Shown here: positions 8,583-15,469 of the stretch, piece after piece
Position numbering within the stretch: position 1 is the first letter of the stretch
Layout: every line of letters starts with the position of its first letter
Source of the DNA: an uncultured virus (IMG/VR IMGVR_UViG_3300022868_000018)
Taxonomy: Duplodnaviria; Heunggongvirae; Uroviricota; Caudoviricetes
IMG/VR virus record: IMGVR_UViG_3300022868_000018
Length of the DNA: 20,000 nucleotides
Reading direction: 5' to 3' (one strand)
The notes under the pieces: model-generated
The model's database searches: none
What the model was told of the DNA's origin: nothing
What the model saw: the letters and a program-made list of their open reading frames with translations, nothing else
Position numbers and translations under genes: made by a program

Positions 8583-8886
8583 GGTTGCGGCCCCTTTCGT
8601 ATCGTACGCAACCATTGTAGCATGTTCCACTGGTTGTGTCAAGTATATATTTCCCTTCCATTTCCGCTGCTTCCGCTGCTTCCGCTGCTCTCGCCACACA
8701 TTCCGGGCAGAAATCGTCCACGTCGGCGTGACAACTTTCCACCCAGAGTTCCGACCGCCAACCATGCTGCTCCAGCCACGCATCAATCGCATCGTTGTCC
8801 CGGACGGTCTCCGGCATCTCCACTTCCCGCCCGCACTCGTCGCAGGTGACGCGCAAGGCACCGTCATGCGTCGGGGTTACGGTCAT
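8569..8886 (-). CDS. Zn-finger protein whose 3' end is replaced by IS sequence
   Basis: SD GAGGAGG; MTVTPTHDGALRVTCDECG...DFCPEC. The reconstructed empty site gives the native end EMEGDDTDA*. Confidence 0.75.
   Translation of the reverse strand: MTVTPTHDGALRVTCDECGREVEMPETVRDNDAIDAWLEQHGWRSELWVESCHADVDDFCPECVARAAEAAEAAEMEGKYILDTTSGTCYNGCVRYERGRNHEIR
8614..8642 (-). promoter_or_regulatory. sigma70-type promoter for the transposase-MTase-REase genes
   Basis: TTGACA (8642-8637, inside the IR), 17-bp spacer, TACAAT (8619-8614) with extended TG. Confidence 0.8.
8656..8663. repeat. 8-bp target site duplication TTCCATTT (right copy)
   Basis: Identical to 6106-6113; abuts the IR. Confidence 0.92.
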
Positions 8887-9730
8887 CGGGGCTGCCCTCC
8901 TCGCAATCCTGCCGGTGGTCGGCCTCCGCGATGCTGTCGGGGTCGCCAACATCATCTTTCGCCCGCCGCTGGCTCTGTTCAACAACCGTGTACCATTTAT
9001 TGATCTCTCGCAACCGACCCATCGACCACTCCACACTGCCGGCACTGCCGCCGCCAACAGCCTCCTGCACATCGCCTGCGCTCAGGTTTGTGGCGATGCA
9101 CAGGGACTTCATTTCGCGATACCGATAATCCATCAGCGCGAGGAAGCCGGTCAGCCCATACTCCGCGTTGTACTGCCTGCCCAAGTCATCCAGCAGCAGC
9201 AGATCGCAGCCGCGATAGGCATTGTCGGCGGCATCCCGGTCGCGGTACAGCTTATCAAACAGGTCAGCGCAGGTAACGTACTGCACCACCGCGCCAGTAT
9301 CTTGGGCCGCCAGCGCAACGAGCGCCAGACAGGAGGTTTTGCCGTTGCCAGGCTGTCCGCTCAGAATCAGCCCCTCGCCATTCTCCAGCTTCGCGGGCAC
9401 GGTCGCGCAGTAGTCCCGCAGTTTACCCGCCACACTCGTTGGCACCCGCTCCCACACCGCGCCAAAATGGCGCTTGCCAAAACCCATAGCCCGCAACCGT
9501 GATCCCTGTCGTCGCGACGCCCGCTCGGCCGCCCACGGACATTTGCCAACTGCGTCTATTGGGCAGGGGTCATATATGCCGACAGAGTTCATGCGCGTCA
9601 ATCCACGCGGCTCTCCCATTGCGTCGAAATAGCCCATGCAATCCGCGCGGTCCTCCGGGCACATCTGGTCATAGTTCGGATTCGCCATTATGCTCTCGGC
9701 CATGAATGCCACCTCGTCATCTCCAGCCAT
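8864..9730 (-). CDS. DnaC/IstB-like AAA+ ATPase (helicase loader)
   Basis: Walker A GQPGNGKT, Walker B LLLLDDLG, RY...IATNL; directly downstream of the initiator (TAATG overlap). Confidence 0.9.
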   Translation of the reverse strand: MAGDDEVAFMAESIMANPNYDQMCPEDRADCMGYFDAMGEPRGLTRMNSVGIYDPCPIDAVGKCPWAAERASRRQGSRLRAMGFGKRHFGAVWERVPTSVAGKLRDYCATVPAKLENGEGLILSGQPGNGKTSCLALVALAAQDTGAVVQYVTCADLFDKLYRDRDAADNAYRGCDLLLLDDLGRQYNAEYGLTGFLALMDYRYREMKSLCIATNLSAGDVQEAVGGGSAGSVEWSMGRLREINKWYTVVEQSQRRAKDDVGDPDSIAEADHRQDCEEGSPDDRNPDA

Positions 9731-10767
9731 TAGAACACCTCACTCCCATCGTCTCTGTACACCGGCACGAAGCTCTCACTCACACGGATCGGCCCTGTTT
9801 GGGGCGACGCCTGCGATCCGGCGCAGGACTTCGGCTGCCAACTCGACGAGGCATTTCTGACATAGTTTAGATTTGGGACACCCGCTTTGTTCGCCGCGTT
9901 CATGCCGTATCGCCACGGCTCTACTCCCACACCAACCGTCTGCCCGTTGCCATCCCGGATTTCAAGTAACTCGCGTGTACGATTCAACCGACCCGGAAGC
10001 GTCATTTTTCCAGACTCATTCTTCCCTGCCAGAAGCTCTATGTATTCATCAACCAGCCCGAGGTCCTCATCTGACAACGGTTCCCGGAGAGCGTCAAGCT
10101 GCTGCTCGATTGTGGCCCTGTCTGGTTTTGGCGGTTTGGCTGGCTCTGGCTTTTCAGGTTCTACTTCATCCAATGGCAACTGAGTGGCTGCGTCCGGTGC
10201 CGGCGAAGCCGGTTCGGACAAGGAGTCGTTTCTAGTCTGGTCTGAGTCTGGGTCTACGTCTGGGTCTACGTCTAGCACGTTTTCGCCGGAGTCCTCCGAG
10301 AGTAGTCCGGGAGTAGTCCGGGACTTCGGCTCTAAGCCGTCTGTGAGCCCGTAGAAGGCCGCTTGGCGGGGACAGTCCTCTTCTTCCATATATTGGCGCA
10401 ACTCCTGCGGCACTCGCCAGCAGGGCGGTAGATTATTGCCGGGTTCACCCACTCTGCCCCACTTGATGCTCTGGTGTTTGTGGAAGTTTATGATGTAAAG
10501 TAGTTGCTTCCCGTTGTCGCTATATGGGTAGAGTAAGCCCGCATTGACTTGAGCAACTATACACTTCTGGACGTCGCTTTTCGTGATGTCCATGCCAGGA
10601 CAAACGCGGGCGCGATACTCCGTAGACGATCCCGGAATGATTGCGTACACGTCTGCCTTTGGCAAGCTCCAAGTGAAGAGAAGCGCGGCCATTGTGTTGC
10701 GTTCGGCGAGACCGCAAAGCTTCTCATCAGCGCCGATCTCCTCAGTTATCTTTGCCCACCTTAGCAT
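9730..10767 (-). CDS. putative phage replication initiator
   Basis: Upstream of DnaC-like gene; wHTH-like N-terminus ending LYIINFHKHQ; low-complexity linker with DNA repeats; C-terminal NLNYVRNASSSW resembling the DnaD-type Y...W motif. Confidence 0.7.
   Translation of the reverse strand: MLRWAKITEEIGADEKLCGLAERNTMAALLFTWSLPKADVYAIIPGSSTEYRARVCPGMDITKSDVQKCIVAQVNAGLLYPYSDNGKQLLYIINFHKHQSIKWGRVGEPGNNLPPCWRVPQELRQYMEEEDCPRQAAFYGLTDGLEPKSRTTPGLLSEDSGENVLDVDPDVDPDSDQTRNDSLSEPASPAPDAATQLPLDEVEPEKPEPAKPPKPDRATIEQQLDALREPLSDEDLGLVDEYIELLAGKNESGKMTLPGRLNRTRELLEIRDGNGQTVGVGVEPWRYGMNAANKAGVPNLNYVRNASSSWQPKSCAGSQASPQTGPIRVSESFVPVYRDDGSEVF
10236..10323. repeat. short direct repeats within the initiator gene (candidate origin iterons)
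   Basis: GTCTGGGTCTAC twice plus partial copies, and GAGTAGTCCGG twice. Confidence 0.5.
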
Positions 10768-10901
10768 GCTTCACCTACTCGCAGACAAAAGAGAAGGCCA
10801 CCTGCAAAACGATACCAATGCCCGGCGAGGGGAAAAGGAGCGTTTCTGTTGCAGGTGGCCTTTATCGGTTGTGGTGAGCGTTGTGGTGAGCGTTGTGGCA
10901 T
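10761..10901 (-). CDS. 46-aa leader uORF overlapping the initiator start (not in ORF track)
   Basis: SD AAGGAG 8 nt before ATG; MPQRSPQRSPQPIKATC...VGEAC*; its TAA lies just inside the rep start (ATGCTAA). Confidence 0.55.
   Translation of the reverse strand: MPQRSPQRSPQPIKATCNRNAPFPLAGHWYRFAGGLLFCLRVGEAC
10794..10862. terminator. large-loop hairpin, candidate attenuator upstream of rep
   Basis: Perfect 14-bp IR AAGGCCACCTGCAA / TTGCAGGTGGCCTT; followed by CTCTTTT on the minus strand. Confidence 0.65.
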
Positions 10902-10936
10902 GAAAAAAACTCCTTTACTCTCTCGCCGGTACCACC

Positions 10937-10965
10937 ATCATACAGCATCCGAACTGCCAAGTCAA
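10937..10965 (-). promoter_or_regulatory. sigma70-type promoter for the replication module
   Basis: TTGACT (10965-10960), 17-bp spacer, TATGAT (10942-10937). Confidence 0.75.
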
Positions 10966-11165
10966 GCATCTTTCCGCACGATCCGGTTCCCGTCTGGCCC
11001 GTACACCAGCACGTCGGCATACCCGCAGCGCGTCCTGGGGCAGCGGCGGTTCTGCACGATGCGCCCGCGCTCAGGAGGTATGGTGGAGGATAGAATGAGT
11101 AGCTGATGCCCGCAGGCGGGGCAGCGTTGCAGCGGTGGTGCGACTGTGGCTGTAGCTGTGGTCAT
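10962..11165 (-). CDS. small Zn-ribbon protein (Ogr/Delta- or NrdR-N-like)
   Basis: CPACG..LILSS....RIVQNRRCPRTRCGY; SD AGAGGAG. Confidence 0.65.
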   Translation of the reverse strand: MTTATATVAPPLQRCPACGHQLLILSSTIPPERGRIVQNRRCPRTRCGYADVLVYGPDGNRIVRKDA

Positions 11166-11181
11166 TGGTTTGGCTCCTCTG

Positions 11182-11403
11182 CTATTCTCTGAGTTTCGCT
11201 ACGATCCCGCCGTCGCCGTCGTCTCTCAACGTCGGCACATACGGGCAAACCTCGCACCCGCACTTGTACCACTTCCTGAGTTCTTCGCCATACACGTCCT
11301 CAATCCAACCGGCTTGGTTTCCGTCATCATCTGTGTGGTATTGCGTCTCAACAACTTCCTCTCGCCATAGCCGCAATTCCCGCCCGCACTTTTCGCACTT
11401 CAT
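11182..11403 (-). CDS. small Zn-finger protein
   Basis: MKCEKCG...CGCEVC; SD GGAGGTG. Confidence 0.7.
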   Translation of the reverse strand: MKCEKCGRELRLWREEVVETQYHTDDDGNQAGWIEDVYGEELRKWYKCGCEVCPYVPTLRDDGDGGIVAKLRE

Positions 11404-11470
11404 CCGTCACACCTCCGTTTTGGTTGTTGTTGGTGCTCGATGGTCGTCTGCGCCGGCTGCCAGTAGGGGG

Positions 11471-11755
11471 TCATTCCGCGTCACCCTCGCCACTCTGCCC
11501 AATGCCGTTCTCATCTGCATCACTGTCCAGCAACTGCCTCACGAATTGCAGCAGTTTTGTCTGGTCAGCCGGGGTCAACCGCATCACTTCATTCTCACCC
11601 GAACAAAACACGATGTCAGCGCCAGGTGTGAAAGACATCCACGCATCGCCCACCAATTGGATATCCAGCTTTTCGGTCAGCGGGTCTGATTTGATGCCAA
11701 GACCATTGCGGCAAAAGTACTTGTCATGGGGGGTTTGCCCCTCGCCATTATCCAT
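11471..11755 (-). CDS. hypothetical protein
   Basis: SD AAGGAG; ends GEGDAE*. Confidence 0.7.
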   Translation of the reverse strand: MDNGEGQTPHDKYFCRNGLGIKSDPLTEKLDIQLVGDAWMSFTPGADIVFCSGENEVMRLTPADQTKLLQFVRQLLDSDADENGIGQSGEGDAE

Positions 11756-11831
11756 TACAATTATCTCCTTCGTTCGGGATCAACACTGCTGTCGCCTTCG
11801 GTTATCTACCAGTGCGGCTGGCTGGCGCCGT

Positions 11832-12437
11832 TCACTCCGCGTCACCCTCGCCACACGCGCCCGGCTCCCCGTCGGCTGTCTCAATCGGCAGGCCGTCCAC
11901 GCGCTTGCGCTCTGCGTCATCCTTCCGCACCTCGCGCTCTGCAATGTAGAGTAGGTGCTGATGGCCTGTGCGCCGGCGTTGTGCTTCTGCCCTCTCGCTA
12001 AGTGTGAGCGGCAAGCTATCTGCAGTTGCTACGCCCGGCTCCCCGTCGCCGTCCAGGTGCGAGTAGGTGTCCGGCAAGATGCCCTGCTCGATCCGCGTCT
12101 GGCGGTCAATTTCGAGGGCTTCACTGTAGGACATTTCATCCACGGAGAATACGCCGTGATTCATCACGATAATCCCATAGCCGAAAGGCCTGCCTTGCCC
12201 GGGGTCGTAGCGTGTCCCCACCATCCTCCCAACCATACCGAGACGTGGGTCGGGCTTCTCGCCGTACTCCTGTACCTGGGCATCCGGCGCGTCGTCGATG
12301 TGCTCCTGGATGACCTCGACGCACTTGCGGGTACCCAGAAACACCCCGCTTGCCCCATTCGACAACGCCTTCGCCTCGACAGCCTTCTCGCGGGTACTCT
12401 CCAGCATCGCATTCAGTCTCTCCATCAGTCCGTCCAT
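11832..12437 (-). CDS. hypothetical protein
   Basis: SD GAGGGG; ends GEGDAE*. Confidence 0.75.
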   Translation of the reverse strand: MDGLMERLNAMLESTREKAVEAKALSNGASGVFLGTRKCVEVIQEHIDDAPDAQVQEYGEKPDPRLGMVGRMVGTRYDPGQGRPFGYGIIVMNHGVFSVDEMSYSEALEIDRQTRIEQGILPDTYSHLDGDGEPGVATADSLPLTLSERAEAQRRRTGHQHLLYIAEREVRKDDAERKRVDGLPIETADGEPGACGEGDAE

Positions 12438-12440
12438 GTC

Positions 12441-12873
12441 TCAGTCCCCTCTCGTTGTGATGCGGTGGCGCGACACAGGCCACTGTACTGGCTTGTAACC
12501 AGCACAGTGCCATTTGCAGACTACACACGCATACTGCCCCGGCTCTGGCTCCCTGTACCGCCGTATAGTACGGTTCCCACATCGCCTCTGGCATAGGCGT
12601 GTTAGGTTCGCCGCCGGGACAATATTCGCCAAAGCAGATTACCTTGGGCATCGGCCAACCAGCACGAGCGCAGGCCTCGATGACTTGGCTCGTGTGTTCC
12701 GTCAGGTGAATGTGGCCGTTTTCCATCAAGCGCTCGGTCCAGTGCCTACCTACACAGCCTCCGATATAGACAGAGGCACCGCCGTCTCCATCCGTATCAT
12801 GGTCAAGCACTGTTATCGCAGTGAATTCCACGGCATCCTTGCTATAGCGCTCATGGAACGTCACAGTTTCCAT
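12441..12873 (-). CDS. protein with N-terminal FlbD-like repeat domain; 3' end uncertain
   Basis: SD AAGGAG, METVTFHE... The frame runs on to 12136, overlapping the next gene by about 300 nt, while another frame stops at 12441 (end used here). Confidence 0.5.
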
Positions 12874-13072
12874 CGGTCTCAGTCTCCTTCACATCGCTGA
12901 TATGCACAATGCGCCCGTTTTGCACGAACATCTTGTCGCCGTTATACTGGCATCGCAACCATCCTTCCCAATATGCCTGCTTTATTTCTGCGAGGGTAGC
13001 CTGGCAGCTTGTGCACACACGCAACCGCCAGAGGATAACCCTGCCAGCGTGTAATGGCCGCCACCCTCGCAT
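12851..13072 (-). CDS. hypothetical protein
   Basis: Fills the gap in the gene array; CxxC; start uncertain. Confidence 0.45.
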   Translation of the reverse strand: MRGWRPLHAGRVILWRLRVCTSCQATLAEIKQAYWEGWLRCQYNGDKMFVQNGRIVHISDVKETETDGNCDVP

Positions 13073-13088
13073 ATCAATGTGCGCCTAC

Positions 13089-13298
13089 TCACCCATCCCT
13101 CAAGCCTTTATCGTAGCCGTACACCATTGCGTCTTTGACAAGCTCGACGAGCTTCTCGGCGTCGGCCTCGTTTGCCACGTCAACGCATTTCGCGTAGTGT
13201 GCGTCAGGCCCGTCGAAGCTCACAGCCCACTTGATGCCATTGCCGGTCTCGGTATTGATAGCCATCACTTGCATTATTGTCACCCTTTCTGGTGCCAC
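13089..13298 (-). CDS. hypothetical protein
   Basis: Same strand and tightly packed with neighbours; start may be slightly downstream. Confidence 0.65.
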   Translation of the reverse strand: MAPERVTIMQVMAINTETGNGIKWAVSFDGPDAHYAKCVDVANEADAEKLVELVKDAMVYGYDKGLRDG

Positions 13299-13891
13299 AC
13301 CGTTTTGTCGCCACTCCGCTTCACGACCGCGAACGGGGCATTGCGCAGCGTCCGCCAGCCCGTGAGCGTGTAGTAGTCCACGTTTGCCACCTCTCGCCTG
13401 CTGGTCACTCGCTTCCTGCAGCCATAGACCAGCGCATAGCCAACCTTCACCCAGCCGCCCCGGTCATTCACATAGCGGAGCCCGTAGGGCGTCCATATCA
13501 AGGTGCCGAAGGGTAGCTCAGGATTGGCCGCGCAACCTCGGGTGTGGACATAGCTACCCGATGAGGTCTGCTTGCCACACCCCTCCCAAGGCCCGTAGCT
13601 GGTAACCTTGGCTGTCCCGCAACAGGTGACCCCCCGGGCCTGTGCCCACTGGTATGCGTCGCGCTGCCAAGGAGGCAAGGTTCCGTAGGCTCCAGCAAGC
13701 GCAAGGACCACGCACCGTTGCAGCGGATCGTCTGGCAGCAACAACCCCGGTGGTGTCGTCGCCTGCGGGAGTGCCTGCAGCGGTGTCTCGGGAGCGACAG
13801 GAGTCTGAGCGGCCTGCGGTAGCTGCTGCTGCGTGTAGGCGGCACTGGATAGCACTGCCAGGGTTATTACTGCTGCGATCTTAGTCCTCAT
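13280..13891 (-). CDS. secreted 3D-domain (MltA-like) cell-wall protein
   Basis: Start refined to MRTKIAAVITLAVLSSAA (signal peptide, SD GAGGAGG); Q/P-rich linker; VTSY..TSSG..AANPELPFGT..VNDRGG..VDYY. Confidence 0.75.
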   Translation of the reverse strand: MRTKIAAVITLAVLSSAAYTQQQLPQAAQTPVAPETPLQALPQATTPPGLLLPDDPLQRCVVLALAGAYGTLPPWQRDAYQWAQARGVTCCGTAKVTSYGPWEGCGKQTSSGSYVHTRGCAANPELPFGTLIWTPYGLRYVNDRGGWVKVGYALVYGCRKRVTSRREVANVDYYTLTGWRTLRNAPFAVVKRSGDKTVWHQKG

Positions 13892-14399
13892 TGGTGGCCT
13901 CCTCAGCCTGCTCTGCCGCCAGTTGCTTCGCGGCCCGCTCCAGCAGGTAGGCAAGCCAGCATTCTTCCTGCTGGTCGCTCCCGCAAGAATTAAAAACTCC
14001 GTCAAGTGCATTGGGGCCTGTTGGACGTGATAGCTTACATCCATCCCACCACGGCGACGGAAGTTCTAAACTATTCGGACATTTGTCCCAGCACAACAAG
14101 CGTACTGCTCTCTCCAGTGCCAGCCGCGTCAGGTCTGGTTCTATGCGTTCCAACTCCATCGCCTCTGCATACGCAGCATCAGCCGCCAACGCAGCATCCT
14201 CCATAGTCTGCGCTTTTCCTTGAGCGGTAACAGACCCGCTATGTCCGTTGTGCCGGTAGGCCCACGGCTTGCGGGCTGACGACCAAGTTCTGAGCACAAC
14301 CCCGTGAGCTGGTAGTTTTCCAAACAGCTTCCGCCAGCCCCACACATAGTCTTCCCAACCATTCGGAGGTTCCTCATCGCATATCGGCGTCTCACTCAT
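13881..14399 (-). CDS. hypothetical protein
   Basis: SD GGAGG; begins MSETPI; overlaps neighbours at both ends. Confidence 0.7.
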   Translation of the reverse strand: MSETPICDEEPPNGWEDYVWGWRKLFGKLPAHGVVLRTWSSARKPWAYRHNGHSGSVTAQGKAQTMEDAALAADAAYAEAMELERIEPDLTRLALERAVRLLCWDKCPNSLELPSPWWDGCKLSRPTGPNALDGVFNSCGSDQQEECWLAYLLERAAKQLAAEQAEEATNED

Positions 14400-14622
14400 C
14401 GGTCTCGCCTCCGTTCATCTTCGCCAGCACTTCTGCCACGCTCTCGGTGACCACCACGGTCTGCCGGGGGATTTCGTGTGCCACATCCAGCCCAGTGTCC
14501 AGCAGGGTGCCTGTGACTATTGCCCCTCCGTCGCGAGAGGGCGTGACCTCTGCGATATCAGTGAATGTAGCTGCCGGGCGATTGCAGAATGTGCCAGGGG
14601 CTACCGTCAAGGTGATAGTCAC
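14392..14622 (-). CDS. FlbD-like small protein
   Basis: SD GGAGGTG, GTG start with GTGA overlap; ends VVVTESVAEVLAKM. Confidence 0.7.
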   Translation of the reverse strand: MTITLTVAPGTFCNRPAATFTDIAEVTPSRDGGAIVTGTLLDTGLDVAHEIPRQTVVVTESVAEVLAKMNGGETDE

Positions 14623-14696
14623 GCTACCCACCTCCGCCACGCGTCGGACAGCATGACCAGGGCGATTATGATTACGAGTGTCGTTCCGTCTGGCAT
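14619..14696 (-). CDS. 25-aa hydrophobic peptide (not in ORF track)
   Basis: MPDGTTLVIIIALVMLSDAWRRWVA*; SD GAGG; GTGA overlap with next gene. Confidence 0.45.
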   Translation of the reverse strand: MPDGTTLVIIIALVMLSDAWRRWVA

Positions 14697-15010
14697 TTTG
14701 CGCCTCGCTTTCGGTGGGCAGGCCGATCCCCGTCGCCGAACAGGTCGCCCTGCCCAGCCGCCTCCGCTGTAGCATCATCGCGCTTTCGTCCGGGGAACTG
14801 TTGCCGCTTGTCATCCCACCACTTTCTCGCATGGTCACGGCTGCAGAAGTGGTACGGGTCTTTAGTCCATGTGATGCGGTATATTGTGTAAAGTTTGCCA
14901 AGCAGATGTCCGCACCAATCGCATGGCTTGTTGAGGTTGCCGTGTAACTCTTCTTTGTCCCGTAGCTGCTCCTCGAAAACTTCATCCCGCTCGATCGGCG
15001 TCTCACTCAT
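14672..15010 (-). CDS. TRASH/MYM-like Zn-binding protein
   Basis: Start MSETPIERDE with SD GGAGG; CDWCG...HFCSRDH. Confidence 0.7.
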   Translation of the reverse strand: MSETPIERDEVFEEQLRDKEELHGNLNKPCDWCGHLLGKLYTIYRITWTKDPYHFCSRDHARKWWDDKRQQFPGRKRDDATAEAAGQGDLFGDGDRPAHRKRGAKCQTERHS

Positions 15011-15164
15011 CGGACTCGCCTCCATCATCATTGCGCTGCCCATCTATCCAGCCGGCATCATCTGGGTGCCAGCGAGTGCTTACGTCCATCCGCTCCAGGT
15101 GCGCCACCCACAATACGATTGCCACCAGCAGCGCCACTACTACGGTCACAACCACTGTCGTCAT
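15003..15164 (-). CDS. 53-aa single-TM membrane peptide (not in ORF track)
   Basis: SD TAAGGAG; MTTVVVTVVVALLVAIVLWVAHLER...GGESDE*. Confidence 0.65.
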   Translation of the reverse strand: MTTVVVTVVVALLVAIVLWVAHLERMDVSTRWHPDDAGWIDGQRNDDGGESDE

Positions 15165-15214
15165 CGCCATCATCTCCTTAGTCGTTGCGCGGCAGGCTGG
15201 CTCCCCTGGCGCGC

Positions 15215-15469
15215 TCAGGCATCATCGCGCTTGCCATCCTCGCACGGTATCGACTTCTCGGCACACAGCTGGCGGATTTTGTCGGGGGATTCGGTGACGT
15301 GGACAATGGCGCTTCCATCCTCGAATGTGCCATTTACAAGCGTTCCCACAAGTTCACTCGCATGATTCCGATAGCAGCCGCACATAGCCTCAATGCGGCT
15401 GAACTTGACGGTCGGCTTGTTGCAGAAGCTGTCCTCGTGAACGGTTAGCTCTACGGTGTTGCTCATCAT
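15215..15469 (-). CDS. FlbD-like small protein
   Basis: SD AGGAG; MSNTVELTV...VHVTESPDKIRQLCAEKSIPC. Confidence 0.7.
   Translation of the reverse strand: MMSNTVELTVHEDSFCNKPTVKFSRIEAMCGCYRNHASELVGTLVNGTFEDGSAIVHVTESPDKIRQLCAEKSIPCEDGKRDDA

Larger units (their letters stand above)
6114..8655 (-). mobile_element. IS1595-family element (2542 bp) with passenger restriction-modification genes
   Basis: Terminal IRs GGGACCTATATACCTGACGCAACC (6114-6137) and GGGAAATATATACTTGACACAACC (reverse complement of 8632-8655), 20/24 identical. Flanking direct repeat TTCCATTT at 6106-6113 and 8656-8663. Confidence 0.95.

Noticed and set aside
8662..8688. 9-bp tandem repeats (also about 17437-17465)
   Set aside because: Simple in-frame coding repeats (AAE, EAQ) with no evidence of a special function.
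7671..8867. 398-aa transposase as given in the ORF track
   Set aside because: The upstream part of the extension lies outside the IR and TSD; promoter and SD support the start at 8582.
8864..9730. ATPase as IS21 IstB
   Set aside because: No IstA nearby; it lies outside the IS1595 IRs and is coupled to the phage initiator.
10868..10898. GTTGTGGTGAGC tandem repeat as a CRISPR or iteron array
   Set aside because: Only about 2.6 contiguous copies with no spacers; it is an in-frame PQRS repeat of the uORF.
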